The notes beneath the pieces were generated by a model that was not told where the DNA came from, made no database searches, and was given only the letters and a program-made list of their open reading frames with translations. DNA of 64,000 nucleotides. It comes from Azolla caroliniana. Its lineage: Eukaryota; Plantae; Polypodiophyta. Positions 47,968-62,260 of the stretch are shown here, piece after piece. The DNA lies in NCBI GenBank assembly GCA_043228905.1, contig JBHGNT010000007.1, positions 11,842,001 to 11,906,000 on the forward strand, written 5' to 3'. The first letter of the stretch is position 1; each line of letters begins with the position of its first letter. A program made the translations under genes and the position numbers.

Positions 47968-49747
47968 ATACCTAAGGATGTGCTTGACAGCCTGCTAATG
48001 CTTCCATCTTGGGTTTGACATGTGCCGACTGACCACTCCTACTACATAGGCTAGGTCAAGTCGGGTCGCCACCATTGCGTACATGATACTTCCTACGGCT
48101 GATTCGTAGGGAATCTTTCCATAAACTCTCTCTCCTTGTCCGTTGAAGTAGAGTCTTTGTCCGATAGTCGGATCGACGTCGAAAGCGATGTTGGTGTTGG
48201 CTTCGCATTTTGCATGTTGAAGCGCCGCAACCCCTTCCAGATATACTCCGACTAGGAGAGTCGGAGAGTCTTCGTCATCTGATTTCACTCAATCCTCATG
48301 CCCAGTATGTGATGGGATTGTCCGAGTTCCTTCATCGTGAACTTGTCGTGAAGGCTCCACTTCAACTTTCTGATCTCTATTTGATTGCTTCCTGCAATCA
48401 GCATGTCATCGACATATAGGATTAGATAGATCCTAGACTCGTCGGCCAGTTGTTGAACATACATACATGGGCCAGAGTCGGATCAACGGTATCCAAGTTG
48501 CCTGATGTTGGAGTCGAACTTCTGGTACCACATCCTTGGCCTGCTTGTTTCAAGCCATAGAGACTAACATACAAAGTGACTTTCCTCCCCCGTTGCCGTG
48601 AAGCCTGCCTTCTAGATATCCATGTAGGAATGTCGTCTTTACATTCAGTTGCTCTAGCTCTAGGTCTTTTGTCACCACGACTCCTAGTAAGAGTCAGAGG
48701 GTGGTCATCTTGACTACTGGTGATAATATCTCGTCATAGTCGACCCCATGTTCTTGTTTCAACCCTTTCGCGACAAGCCGAGCTTTGTACTTGGCTTTCT
48801 GTGAGTCAGATACATATTTGTATCGGAAAACCCATTTGCAAGGTAGTGGCTTTCTTCCAAGTGGTAGTTCGACCAGTTCCCATGTCTGATTCTTGTAAAT
48901 TGAGTCCATTTTGGATTTCATGGCTTGGAGCCATGTTTCGACATCCATTGCGGCGATAGCTTCTTCATGAGTGCTTGGTTCGCCTGCATCGCTGTAGTTG
49001 ACGTAGTAGAGGCCCGGTTCAAAGAACTCTGTTGGCCTTCGAGCTCATCCAGATCTCTTGGGTCCCGAGATAACTGGTTCGGATTCTTCGATCGACTCGG
49101 TTGGGCGATCAGTATTTGTTGAACTATTTGTGTCAGGAGTCTTGTTAGTTGACCCGCCTCAAGTCGGGATTTCGATGGTGTCACATTGTCCTCCCCTATG
49201 GACTTTGTCGACTCAGTTCTATTTCCTACTCGCATCTTGTTGTCTTTGCCTTCTTCAACTCTTGTCGAATCGGCTCTATCTTTTATGGATTTGTCTTCGA
49301 GTTCGACTAGTGGACTTCCTATCGATTCAAAGTTGGCAGGTATGTTGTTGACTTGGTCGAGTTCAACTATTTGTCGAATCTTTGAGTTAGTTGGGTGGGA
49401 TGGTCCTACGACATCTCTGTCAACTTCGAAGGATACCCCTTTTTACCAACTATTTTCTACTGGTTCTGCTGAGAGAAGATATAGTCTTCATTGAAGACTA
49501 CATCACTGCTCTAGATTAGTTTCCGGTTCTAGAGGTTCCATAGCCGGTAGCCAAAATCCCCATTGCTTCGATAAACAAGAAATATGCATTTCACTGCATG
49601 GGGTGGCAACTTGGTCCTTTTCTCCTTGGGGATGAACGCGTAAACTTCACATCCGAATACATGGAGCCTATCGTAGGTCACTTGTTTGCCTGACCATAGT
49701 GCCTGTGGCACTTCGAGCTTGATTGCCTTCGACAGTGATAGATTTAC

Positions 49748-52700
49748 TGTTAGGATTTTGGTCCCTCCGGATGGGATATGAGTACCTGGCAACGAAAGAC
49801 CCGGTGAGAACCGGATGATGAGTACCCGGCAAGGAACCGGATGATGCAGGCCTAGTGAGAACCTCTCACCGGATGAAGGGACATATATGTAAATATGTTT
49901 CTGTTAGGCCATTGTGGCTATATTTGTAAATAGCCCAAAAATCATATTAGTATAAATATGACCTAGGGCAAACAGAGAACATATGATATATAGAGTTACT
50001 AGTGTAACTGTTGTACAGAGCGTAACAGAGAGAGAGAGAGAGAGAGACCTTCAACAGTCTCTGTTGTAACCGCCTATTGGCGAAGATTGAGAGCACGAGG
50101 TCATTGCCTCTGTGACTTATTATTGTAATCTTTACATAGTGATAGTTTGGAGTCAGTGGGATCCCGTGGTTTTTTCCCCTATTAGGGTTTTTCCACGTAA
50201 ACATATTGTGTACTCTCTTTCAGTGTTTTGTGTATATGTGCATCTATCTCCACATTCCCACTTCTGTGATTGTAATTTTCAACTAAGTGATCGAAAACTC
50301 GGTTGTGGCCGAGCATTATTCCGCATATTCTCTAAAATCTTGTATCAGAGCAAGCAACACAGAAGATGGAAGAATCTTACGGCAGCATGTTCAAGCTCAT
50401 CGGCTCCAACTACTCAGTGTGGAAGTCGAAGATGCGGGACATGCTGGTGGTTAAAGATCTTTGATTGCCGGTTAAGTTCGGTGACAAGAGACCGGATAAG
50501 ATCGACGCCACGGTGTGGGAGGTGATGCACATGAAGACGACAACATACATCCGGTGCTTCATCGACATGGGCCTATACAACAACTTCAGTGAAGAGAGCA
50601 AAGCTCATGAACTCTGGGAGAAGATCGGCATCATGTTCCAGAACAAGAATGTCGTTAATCGGGTTTCGGTATTTTGGAAGCTAGTGAGGCTCTAGTACCA
50701 AGATGGCTCCAGTATGGCGGAGGACATGAATGCCTTCCAGGGGCTGATACACCAAGCAACCTCATTGGAAGTACCTCCCACCGATGAGGTACTTGCTCTA
50801 CTCCTGCTCGGTTCCCTCCCGGATAGCTAGGAGACGTTAGTTATCACTTTGGGCAACGCCAGGCCGGAAGGAAAAGAGCTATCCCTAGCAAGAGTCAAGT
50901 CGAGCTTGCTAGATGAGGAGGCGCGTCGGAAAGACAAGGAAGACAAGGATACGAGCTCCGACTCCAAAGCGCTCCTTACCGAATCGGAACGCGGAAGACA
51001 AAGGAATCGGAGTCCCCAGAACCGGGAAAAATCGGGGACACGGTCAAAGTCAAGGGGGCGGCCCACTTGCTTCTATTGCGGCAAGCCGGGGCATTTCCAG
51101 AAGAACTGTCGGCATTTTCGGGAAGACAAGGGAACCGACAGTACCGATTCGAAGAAATCACCAGACCGAAACGGTTAGGATTGACGAGGACCGGACCGGA
51201 AGGGAACGACGGAAATAGCGGCAAGTGAAGAGGAGTTGATGCTCATCACCGAGGAGAGTGAGTTGAACCTTGTTGTTGAAGAGACAACGAGGGTTGTCGA
51301 CTCCAGAGTGTCGTTCCACCTTACCCTGAACCGAAAATGCTTCTCATCCTACACAACCAGTGAGCATGTCTGTGTCCAGATGGGGAATGAAGGGACATGC
51401 CGAATTATCGGCATCGGGGATGTGTTGTTGACAACATCAACCGGATGCAAGTTGCTGTTGAAAGATGTCTGACACGTTCCGGAGGTTCCACTGAACCTGA
51501 TATCAGCCAGTCGGCTAGATGATGAAGGCTACACAGGTACCATCTGGAACGGTGTCATGAGGTTCTGCAAAGGGACCTTAATAGTGGCTCGAGCCCGGAA
51601 GGTCAACACACTGTACTTGATGAATGCCCGGATATGCCGGGAAGAAGTGAAGGTAGCATCTGACACTGCCGGTGAGCTGTGGCACAAAAGACTGTGTCAC
51701 ATGAGTGAGAAGGGGATTAAGAGGTTTGGCAAAGACAACCTCATTCCGGTGAAGGATGTGCAACTTGAGAAGTGCACCGATTGCTTGGCTGGCAAGCAAA
51801 ACCGCACCTCCTTCCAGTCAAGACCACCGATGAGACGGAATGCACCACTGGAGCTGGTGCATACCGATGTGTGTCAAGTGGACACGAAGTCACATGCCGG
51901 ATCGCAGTACTTCATGACGTTCATAGACGACCACAACCAAAAGTTGTGGGCCACACCATTGAAAACGAAGGATCAGGTATTATCCGTCTTCAAGGAGCTC
52001 CATGCAAGAGTGGAAAGAGAAACCGGCCAGAAGCTGAAGGCGGTTCAAACAGATAACGGAGGCGAATACCGGGGGCAATTTGAGGAGTACTGCCGCTCGA
52101 AGGGAATCCGGCTGGCCAAGAGGATGAGCTGGACCATAATGGAGAAGGTGCGGATTATGTTGGCACATGTAAAGTTACCCAAACAAATCTGGTTCATGAG
52201 CAATCCCGGCAAAGAGCATTGGAATGCGGTAAAATGGATACTCCGGTATCGGAAGGGCACTTCGAGTATGTGCCTCCAATTCGGCTCAGGTAAACCCCAA
52301 CTTAACGGATTCACGGATTTGGACATGTCGGTTGATGCGGATACTAGTCAGTCAACATCCGGATACGTCATGACATATGAATGGGGGAGCTGTTTCGTGG
52401 CAATCGAGGCTACAAAAGACGGTTGCGTTGTCCACCACGGAAGTGGAGTACATGGTAGCTGTGGAAGCCGGAAAGGAAATAATGTGGATGAAGGACTTCA
52501 TCAGAGAGCTAGGGATCCGGCAAGAGGAATACCGGCTCTATTGCGACAGTCAAAGTGCCATCCACCTTGCAAAGAACGTTGCCTATCATTCCAGGACAAA
52601 GCACATCCAACGCAGGTACCACTGGATCCGGGAGCGAGTTGAAGATCAAGAGTTCGTGCTGATGAAGATCCACACGAAGGAGAACGGATCGAATATTCTG

Positions 52701-53095
52701 ACCAAAGTGCTGACACTCGACAAGCAGATGCATGCAGGAAGAGGATCGGATTGACGAGGCATCCCATGCCGGAGTGAAGGGGGAGTTTGTTAGGATTTTG
52801 GTCCCTCCGGATGGGATATGAGTACCCGGCAATGGAAGACCCGTTGGGAACCGGATGATGAGTACCCAGCAAGGAAGACCCGGTGAGAACCGGATGACGC
52901 AGGCCCGATGAGAACCTCTCACCGAATGAAGGGACATATATGTAAATATGTTTCTGTTAGTCCATTGTGGCTATATTTGTAAATAGCCCGAAATTCATAT
53001 TAGTATAAATATGACCTAGGGCAAACAGAGTACATATGATATATAGAGTTACTGGTGTAACTGTTGTACAGAGCGTAACAGAGAGAGAGAGAGAG

Positions 53096-53128
<33 letters not shown>

Positions 53129-56100
53129 TATTAACGTCTTCTAAGGCCAAATTTGGCCCATGAGACAATTGGTTTACAACAAAAATGAGTGTTTATCCAA
53201 TCATCAAAACAAAAATAAAAGAAAATAGCTTAAGCTAAGAGAGTTCTAGTAGTGTACAAAACTTTGCACTAAGCCTAATCTCATTTCCACCCAAGTCTCT
53301 CAAAAAGAAGTGGGAGGTCAAAAGTTTTTGGTGTGGGTGTGACCCATGGTCCCGATGCATAGAGTGCCCTAGCCATGGCTTCTAGGCGGTGTAGTTCACG
53401 TTCCCTTATTTTCTTTATTGCTTCTACATCTCGTCGAGTTGCTTTGAAACCCGGCATCCAAGGGCGTTTGGTTCTTCTTTGATTTTCTGCTTCATCAAGG
53501 AAAAGCCCGAGTGGTGCAGGTGTGTCAACATTCATGGTCTCCCCCTGTTCCTGAAAAACTTCATTTGTTACATGTTGGTAAACATTAGTAACATTATTAT
53601 CAACGTTTTGTAACTTATTCTCTCTGTGTTGTTTCAATTCTAAGATGTATCTACCTAATTTCTTTATGTCTAGTGTATCTAATAGTTTAGGGAGGGTGGG
53701 AGAGGAACCAAGTATGTCTTGGTATTTTGCCCTTATCTCGGCATAGGTGGGGCATTTGCATGTAAAATGGTACTCATCCTCTATCTCTATGTGGCATAAC
53801 CTACATATCCTTTCCTCCCTAGGGACTCCATTAGTACTTCCATTCTCAATCTCAAGTTGGTGAGATGATATTCTAAGTTGACCAATGGCAACCCTTAGTG
53901 CATGTGGTAAGAATACATCTAGATATCTTGGTCGCGTGATAAAACCTAACTTAGAGAAGTGCATAAAGTGTTCCTTATAGTACGACATTTTAGATGGGAG
54001 TGGCTCTAGTTGGGTGATCCATTTATACCGAGTATAAATTTGCCATATTTCTTGGCATATTACTTTATTACGGTCCTCATGAGAGATTAAAGTGTTATCA
54101 GTCGTGTGGTCGTACTTAAGGGGGGGGAGGTTATTAATGTCTAGACCGTTGGCAAGAAGCCAACTCACTATCATGCCATACCATGAGCTAGTATAGTCGG
54201 ACTCATACAGTGCTCGAGAAGCCTTAAAGGCTTGATGGGATATTCTATCAAGTGGTTGTTTATGTATCCTGTGGATAAAGACTACAAGTTGAAAAAGTGC
54301 TTCTACTAACATAGGGGGTAGAGTGAACTCAACCCTAATAATGTCATGTGGGACCGACGATTTGCTTCGGAGTTGGCGTGATAACATCATCACCAATGGT
54401 CTCTCTAATTGCGTCCACATGAAAGATGGTAGTCCTGGAGCCCAAACCGTTGATGCATACATGAGAGAGGGAGTCACGAATGAGTCAAAGAGTCACCCGT
54501 TAGTTCATGGCTCTTGGAAGTATGCTTGGTGGCATTGTCTCTCGAGGAGTGAGAGGGATGCATGTCCTCTTGTAAGTTCATCCTTTGCTGGTTGTGTCAT
54601 CGAAAATTTACCTGAGCAGGCACTGAAAGTGAGTCCGAGATAGACATATGATCCAACCACCTCAACTGGGCTATGGGAGATAGTTAGGAGACACTTAGCT
54701 CTAACTTGGGCCGATGTGTGGAAGATAAGGACTTTAGTTTTCCCTAGATTCACTACCAATCCTCGTTGTGTGCAAAAGTCATCTAAGGCATTAAGGTGCC
54801 TTTTGTAGAGAGCAAAACTATGTCGTCTGCATAGAGCAAGAAACGCACCTATGTATCCCCAAGGACTACTCCATTGCCTCCCTTACGAACAATAAAATCT
54901 GTGATCTCATCAATGTAGATCCCAAAAAGAGTCGGAGATAAGCGGCAACCTTGTTTTACACCAATAGTGCTAGTGAAACTATCGGATATGCCACCTGGGC
55001 ATCGAACACACCTGGACACTTGTTCATATAGTGCGTAGATGGCCCAAACCATGTCATCTGGTATCCTCAAGCTCTTAAGCCTATCAAACAACCGCTCTCT
55101 AGGGACCGTGTCAAAGGCTTTGCGGAAGTCCACAAAACAACAATATAGTTTCTTCTTGCGAGCCTTAGTTTGGTCAATTAAGCATCTAAGTGTGAAGATA
55201 TGATCAATAGTGGAGAAGGCTCGTCCAAAGCCAGCCTGTTCAAGTGCACGAAGATTTAAGGTCTCCATATAATCGCTAAGCTCTGCCTCCATTACTGCAC
55301 CATATAATTTAGCAAGGGTATGACCTATCATAATGGTCCTATAAGTATTTGGGTCCATGGGGTCCCCCCCTTTATGTATGGGGGCCACTGTGTTCATGGT
55401 CCATTGTGGTGGAAAACCCTCTGCGAGGGCACGATTGAAGATTAGAGTTAGCAAGGGAGCTAGGCACTCTCTCGCATATATGATGTGTTCTGCTCGCAAT
55501 CCTGTGTGGTCCATGAACTTCCTATGTTGTAATTTCTTTATGACCTTCGTGACCCTAGAGGTCGTGAAGAGTGTCCCCACAGTAGGTCGAGGTGTAGAAG
55601 GCATTGGAATGGGTGGTTGGTTTGGGATTTGGTAAAGTCTCTCTGTATAAGTGTGCCAAGTTTCGGGGATCTTGGATGGGTGTTTGTGGTCTTGGTTCCC
55701 GTAATCTCTTCCATGCAGTGGCACAATCGCTACTCATGAGCATATGGTAGAGTTCCCAATATTGGGATGCCTCCCATGCTCGTATCTTACGACGTGTCAT
55801 CTTGCGCATTTCTTTACGAGCTTGTACTGAGGTAATACTACCACTGAGTTGCGATATTGTAAGTTGTCTATGTAAGCACCTACAATCCTCATCATACCAT
55901 CTATTTTGTGGCATAGATCCTACTTTACCTTGATTGGAGTGTTTCATGTATGGGAAACTGCTAACAGCTGCAGAGTGAAGGATATGTGTGAGTTTCGTAC
56001 TAAGGCTCTCTAAAGGTAGGGAGGGATCGAGGGAGGAGAGATGGGTTTGAACATGTCGAGCATATATGTCAGAGAGCTCATGTGTGAAATGTATTGTGAT

Positions 56101-56652
56101 GTCATGGCGTGGTTGACTAGAGTTGGTGACGTTAGAGATATTGCATTTTAGCTTGAAGTATAAGAAACTATGGTCCGTGCCAATAGGACATGGGGCCACT
56201 CGGAAGGAGTTAATCATGTGGGTAGCTTCAGGGCATCCTATTAGATAATCTACTATGCTTTCCCCTCCTCCATGTGGGAAACATGTGAGCTCTTTCGAAC
56301 CTGGCCACTTGGGTAAACCATTATATATGACCATCTAGTGCCGACTGCCAAGTTCGAGCAAATGATGGCCAAAGCTCTATTGTAATTGCCTATTGGTGAA
56401 GATTGAGAGCACGAGGTCATTGCCTCTATGACTTATTACTGTAATCTTTACATAGTGATAGTTTGGAGTCAGTGGGCTCCCGTGGTTTTTTCCCCTATTA
56501 GGGTTTTTCCATGTAAACATATTGTTTACTCTCTTTCAGTGTTTTGTGTATACGTGCATCTATCTCCACATTCCCATTTCTGTGATTGTAATTCCCAAAT
56601 ATGTGATCGAAGACTCGGTTGTGGCCGAGCATTATTCCGCATATTCTCTACA
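49748..56652 (+). mobile_element. Internally deleted Copia element related to 22835-28134; 5' LTR 49748-50336, 3' LTR 52788-56652 split by a LINE
   Basis: Perfect TSD TTTAC, degenerate iMet PBS, and gag/PR/IN remnants. The sequence jumps from integrase (AHVKLPK) to FMSNPGKEHW, so most of RT is missing. PPT GAAGGGGGAG. Confidence 0.92.
53098..56374 (-). mobile_element. 5'-truncated, frameshifted non-LTR retrotransposon (RTE-X-like LINE)
   Basis: APE C-terminus SIVDYLI..TDH, RT motifs EQAGF/FVDFRKAFDTV/GVKQGC/LLYADDIVL, and C-terminal LRISSHQLEIENG..ERICRLC..EDEYHFTCKC. A (TTTC)n tail abuts the (GA)n tract of the LTR. Confidence 0.88.
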
Positions 56653-59039
56653 TTTACCAAGTATACTGTCGTCTGTAATGCTTCAACCTAGAATTCCAGC
56701 TTCAGTCTAGTTTGTTGGAGCATTTCCATCACCCTCTTTTGGATTGTTCAGTTGATCTGTTCTGCCACTCCATTCTGCATGGGTGTGTAAGGAATGGTAT
56801 TTTGATGTCGGATCCCTTTGTTAGAAAAGTACTACTTGAAGGCTTTGAAGGTATATTCGCCTCCATTGTCAGATCAAAGTGTCTTCACTCTGTGTCCTGA
56901 CCGGTTCTCCATTTCAGATGTCCACCGAGTGAAGACCTCGAGCGCTTCATCTTTGAACCTAATTGAGTAGGCCCAGACCTTTCGTGTACAGTCATCTAAA
57001 AAGGTGATGAAGTACTGGGAGCATCCTAGTGGTTGCTCTGGCATGGGTCCACATATATCTATGTGCACGAGCTTTGGGGGCTTTCATACCGTTTTGTAGT
57101 GGAGAGCGTGCAAACTTCAGGTCTGTTCCCCGTGTCGACAATGCTCGCAGAAGTCCTTCTTTGCTTGAATTTTAGGGATGTAGCCAACTTGCATCAGTCG
57201 ATCAAGTTCGGCTTGAGACATATTGCCAAATCTGCCATGCCATAGGTTTGGGTCTGTTCATGACCCCTTCTGGATTGATTGTCATATCGTCTCGTAGTGG
57301 AGAGAGTTCGAACTTCAGGTCTGTTCCCCGTGTCGACAATGCTCGTAGAAGTCCTTGTTTGCTTGAATTTTATGGATGTAGCCAACCTACATCAGTTGAT
57401 CAAGTCCGGCTTGAGACATATGGCCAAATCTTCCATGCCACAGGTTTGGGTCGGTTCACGACCCCTTCTAGATTGATCATCATCATTGGGTACAAGTTAT
57501 TGTACTTGTGCATGCCTTCTATCTTCAGGTTTCCGCAGTTGGTCATCCATACCGATTCACTTAGAGTCGTTTTGTACCCATCTTCAACTAGCATGCCGAT
57601 GGAGACCAGAATTTCAGATCATGTTGCCATTGGGCAATCGGATGGGAATCTCTCCAATCCCTGCGATTATGTACTCCTGCCCGTTATCTAGTCAAACTGT
57701 GCCACTGGCGTCAGCTGAATAGTTTGAAAACCATTCAATGTTGGGGGCACATGGAATGTGGCACCGGAATCCAATTGCCACATGTGTGCATCCTGTGTAG
57801 TGTAGAGGACTTCTCCGATCATCGAGCCCTCTAAAGAAAGGATTTCTCCTGATCAGGTGTCAGCAACATTGATTTGGTTTCCTACAAGAGAGTGGTCTGA
57901 GTCGGGTCGTCCTTGATTTCGCTCGGATCGCCGACGACTCTCTTTCCTCTTGATCGACCAACAATCAGAAACATTGTGGCCAACTTTTCTGCAATGTGTG
58001 CAGAATTCGCTTGATCGGCCCGTTCTCGACATCGATCGTTGTCGGTCTCCCCTCATTTTTGATCGGTTGGTATTCCAACCGGTTTTGTCGGCTTGTTCTC
58101 TTGTTCGACTCTGTCAGTCAAACAACTTAGTCAAGTGATGGGTTTTTGCCGATTCATCGATGGTGAGTCCCATCCATTTTCACTGAATGTCCTTAGTGAG
58201 GACATGGCTGATTGTCTCATCCAGATTTAGGATCGGTCGGCCATTGGCGTATGTCGTGCAGAATACGTCTGAACTCGCCGGCAAGCTCGATAGGAGGGCA
58301 AGGGCTTTCACTTCTTCTTTGAATTTGATCCCTTGTGAGGAAAGCTCTAACAACACCCGGCTGCAGGTGTTGATGTGAGAGGTAGCCGCATCGGTCTCTC
58401 TCATCCTCATCTTGAACCGTTGTTTGATCAAGATCATTTTTTAAGATGAGGACTAATTTTCGTACATGGCTTGTAGCTTCTCCCATAATGAGAACGTTGT
58501 CATCTCTTTTGCCATGTTCAAGTAGACGTTTTTGGCTAGGTGCATTCGAATGGTGGAGCGTGCGATTTAGTCCACTCATCTCCATTCATCGGTTGACATT
58601 GAAGTAGGATTTTCGGAGTGTTGAATGGCCTCGACCTGTTTTCGAATAATTAGTACATCCTGCATCATCTCCTTCCATAGGGAAAAGTTTTTGTCGTCGA
58701 ATTTTCGGAAGTGAGATTTACTAACCTGGTCTTTTCTTTCAACCTTTTCTGTTGTCTGTTGTCGCCGAGTAGCAGATCGCTCGAATACCAGATGAAGCGC
58801 AAGTGTATGCGAAAACGTATGAGGATCTGTCTCAATTCATACTTCGAAAACAACATAGAAAGAGAAGCAAAGATATACACATATTGAAGTTTTAATGGAA
58901 GATCTATTACATTCTATGTGTCTCTCTCTCTCTGAGACTCAATGTACAAGATGATCAAGTTATATCTCTTTACAACGTTAGGTTTTCGCTCATATACTAA
59001 GCCCTAACTATAGGGACGAATTCACACTAGGATACAAAG

Positions 59040-59263
59040 TGGTCTTCATCAAGGTAGATAGGGTCCCTGCCCAATCCTCGAAGAATTGGTCTCGTTTTAA
59101 AAAATGTGATTCTTGATTCTGAGTCCTTAAACTGAAGGATGAAAGCTCTTTTCCTAGTGGTGTAACGTCCTACCCTCCAAGTTTTAGTGATTGGTAGGGC
59201 TTCATACCCCAACATTTTCCCTAATGTGTATGCATCTTCATCGGGAGCTTCCTTGTCCTTCAT
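59040..59263 (-). pseudogene. LINE ORF1-like fragment
   Basis: WRVGRYTTRKRAFILQFKD...LRGLGRDPIYLDED resembles the C-terminus of LINE ORF1 proteins. Confidence 0.45.
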
Positions 59264-59820
59264 ACAAAGGTACCCATTTGGGTTGTCTTAGCTACATGCG
59301 TGCTAAAAGGGTGGTGTGCTTGTTGTCCGCCGGAATAGTAACCGATGGACAGGGAGCGCAGAAATATAGAATATAGTATAAACGTAACGCATGTAAACAG
59401 TTCACGCGGGAAGCATGAACGGCTAAAAGACCCTGTGTATATAAAGGGCAGAAGTCCTCTTATAGAGGTAGCGTGTAAATTTTGGTGCATAGAGTGTATC
59501 TTAATAAATTTTTATCTTCTCTGATCTCTTGTGCAAATCTATGGTTAATCTACTGTGTGTCTGTGATTCTTGGTGGCGTAGTGTAAGCACTATAATCGTA
59601 AGAAGTGTAGGCGTGAGTGCGAGTGTTGTGACTAGTGCACTGTCTAGGGAGTTCGGTTGTAGCCGTCTCCCTTATACACTACTAGGATATGGAGAGTTAT
59701 CTCGTTATGTATTACGGTACGACGGTACCATTCGTGGCAGCGCAGTCACCTTGCGGTCTAGGCCGAAGGATTGACTGAAGACCGTGTTCCTAATCGGGAA
59801 CACTTTTGGCACGCCTGGTG
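59264..59820 (+). mobile_element. LTR fragment ending at about 59802, followed by a tRNA-Arg-like PBS
   Basis: TATA-like TATATAAAGGG near 59438, and ...GGAACA-CTTT-TGGCACGCC at 59807. Confidence 0.45.
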
Positions 59821-62260
59821 ATCTGTGTCTTCTCACAGACGAACAACGATGAATGGATGTTTAGCCGCAGACGTCCCAGAGAACCAACACGACAAGACCG
59901 ACCAAACACAAGGTCCATCACACGCCAAGCAAAGGAACGTGCACGACAAAAACCTCTCCTTGTGCTATAAAAAGGGCGACCTTTGACTGTTTGCAGGATG
60001 TCATTTTAGGGGGGGAAGTAATCGAGAGAGGAAAAAGGGAACAGAGACGAGACGAGGAGTCCTACGACAGATCACCAGAAGGCGCTTCCCCTGCTCACGT
60101 CAAACACTCGAGTGCTCCCAACCAGGGATCGACCTTCTGTGTGCCTACTCCACTTTGTGTCTGACTACTGTAGAGCTTGCGCTCGACCACCAGCATTGAT
60201 CCGGTTGTAATCACCCACATCGCTACGCGCATATATTGATTAATAAAAACTCATCTACCGAACGCAAGTTGTTCTTAGCATCTCTGACTGCGTTTATGTC
60301 TATACACGATCCTCTTACACTATCTCGCTTGTTTCGCTAACCTTCTCTGTTTAAACCGAGGTCTCAGGGCTCACGTAAACCACAGACTCTTCCTCCTCAT
60401 TTCTTGATTCCTTGGTTCAAGACCCCCGCGGCCCTGTCCAACTTCTACGCATCCGCGTGGATTTCCTCAACATCTTTGGTGAACCCGACGTGAAGAGGGG
60501 CGGCAAAGGAATCTGAAAATGAGAGGGAGCGAACTTGCAGAAGCAATGGCGATGGCGGTAGACCGCCTAGTTAGCGCTCACGAGCGCGCGAGTGCCCTCG
60601 ACAGGGCCATAGAAGCAGTGGTCGACAAGATAGGCCGGTTCTATGGGAAAGACGCCACGAGTTACCTAGAAGCCTACAAATCTGAAATGCAAATGAGGAA
60701 TATACCCGAGGATAGATGGTTGACAGGGTTTCCCCGGGTCGTGACACCACACATCCATACAGAGATGGCCAAAATACAAGCGGGATGTCGTGATTGGGTG
60801 GAATTCGCGGAGGAAGTTCTCGAAAGATACAACTAAGACGACTCGCTCCGGCTATCGAGAAAGGACTTTATGGATTGGGTCAACAGCCTCAACAAGGGTC
60901 AGAACGCTTCGGCGCTCCTCCAAGAGTTCGAGTCATGGTTCGCGCGGCTCTCTAGATTGGACCGAACCGTGCTCGAAACGAGCAAAGTCTTGTTTTTGTT
61001 TAGGTCGTTTGACTCACGCGTCCAGGAAAGTGTGGGTCTTCTTCTGGAAACCAACCGCGGTCTCACAACTGACTGGGCGACCGTCAAAGAAGTAGGCAGC
61101 AAAATTGACAAACGCCGACATTGGAAAGAAAGGGGGTCCTTGCCGGCCGAACCTGTTGTCGAAACCAGAGCCAAGCCGACACCAACACGAATGGAAGAAA
61201 TGAGGAGGTGGCTCGAGCTAGGCCCACCCCCGACAAACGTAGTCGCAGGGCCTGCAGGCGGCGTAGGACTCGAAGAACTAACAAGGATGGTGCGCGACCT
61301 CCAGATCGCCCAGGCCTGACGAAGCGATGAGGGTCAACCACGCGACCAAAGACCGCCGGCCAATCATAGGTGCATATGGTGCGACACCACTAGACATCCT
61401 CGGTGCATATGGTGCGACCTCGGTGAAGCGCTCAGAAGTAATGTAGTTTACCTTTCGAATGGCAGGATACATGCGAGTCACACACGAAGATCGCTTGACG
61501 CGAATTTCAGACGAGGTGATATGAAGAGGCTAATGGAAGAGGCCACGGCACGACACGTTGAAGTCGTTCACTACTCGGCTTCAGCCGGCATCCACGTAGG
61601 CGAAAGGGCGGCCAAACCTGATTCAAACCCTGGGTTCTGGCCGGTTATTCTCGAGACCTTGTCCGGAGGAAGGCTGCAGAAGGGAGAAGCGGAGCGTGTG
61701 GAGGAGCGTGTGCACGAAGTTACCGGCTGGAGTGACCTAGAGAGCACCGACTTTGTGGAGGTCGCGTGCAAGAACTACGAGGCCCTGATCGGACGAAAGG
61801 TGAGCATCGAAAACCGGGGGAGCGGGCCGTTCGGGGAGGTATGACACCCGAAGCACGCCGAAAAGGCATGATGCCACTCCGACTGGGTCCCAAGAGAAGG
61901 AGAAGGGCAGGGTTCCGAGCTTCCGTTTAAGCTCAGAGATCGAGAAAACAACAAACCTACAAAAGGTTCTAGAGGAGCAAGTTCTCAACAGTCGCGTAGA
62001 ACTCATGCTTAGGGAACTGCTTGGCATAGCAAGAAGGGAATTCCACGACAGCATCGTGGACCTCGTGAAGAGAAAGCGTCTCACGACGAAGAAGCCAGTT
62101 AAGGTAAGGGCGGCACTCCTCGACGAGATGGCCGCGGAAGACAAGCTTGCGGAGAGCCACTACGCCATGCCCCATTGGGCAAGCGCGACTACAAAAACCC
62201 CGGTTCGTATTGGGGACGTGAAGGAACAGGTGGTGGCATTAATCGACCACGGGTCGGAAA
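59821..62260 (+). mobile_element. 5' part of a tRNA-Trp-primed Gypsy element (LTR ending 60472, decayed gag and start of protease); probable autonomous-type relative of the gag-only elements
   Basis: PBS TGGTGAACCCGACGTGA at 60477-60493, gag VDKIGRFYGKDATSYLEAY, knuckle RCIWCD..H, and protease VALIDHGSE cut by the next insertion. Confidence 0.8.

Larger units (their letters stand above)
47968..59030 (-). mobile_element. Old decayed Ty1/Copia element; own sequence 47968-49747 and 56653-about 59030
   Basis: RT remnants (KYKARLVAKG, IPYESAVGSIMYAMV), IN remnants (HIDICGPM, LHVFGCEVY) and gag remnants at 58180-58690. A degenerate iMet PBS lies at 58779-58790 with the LTR from 58793. There is a duplication of about 198 bp at 57095-57480. 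Confidence 0.8.
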
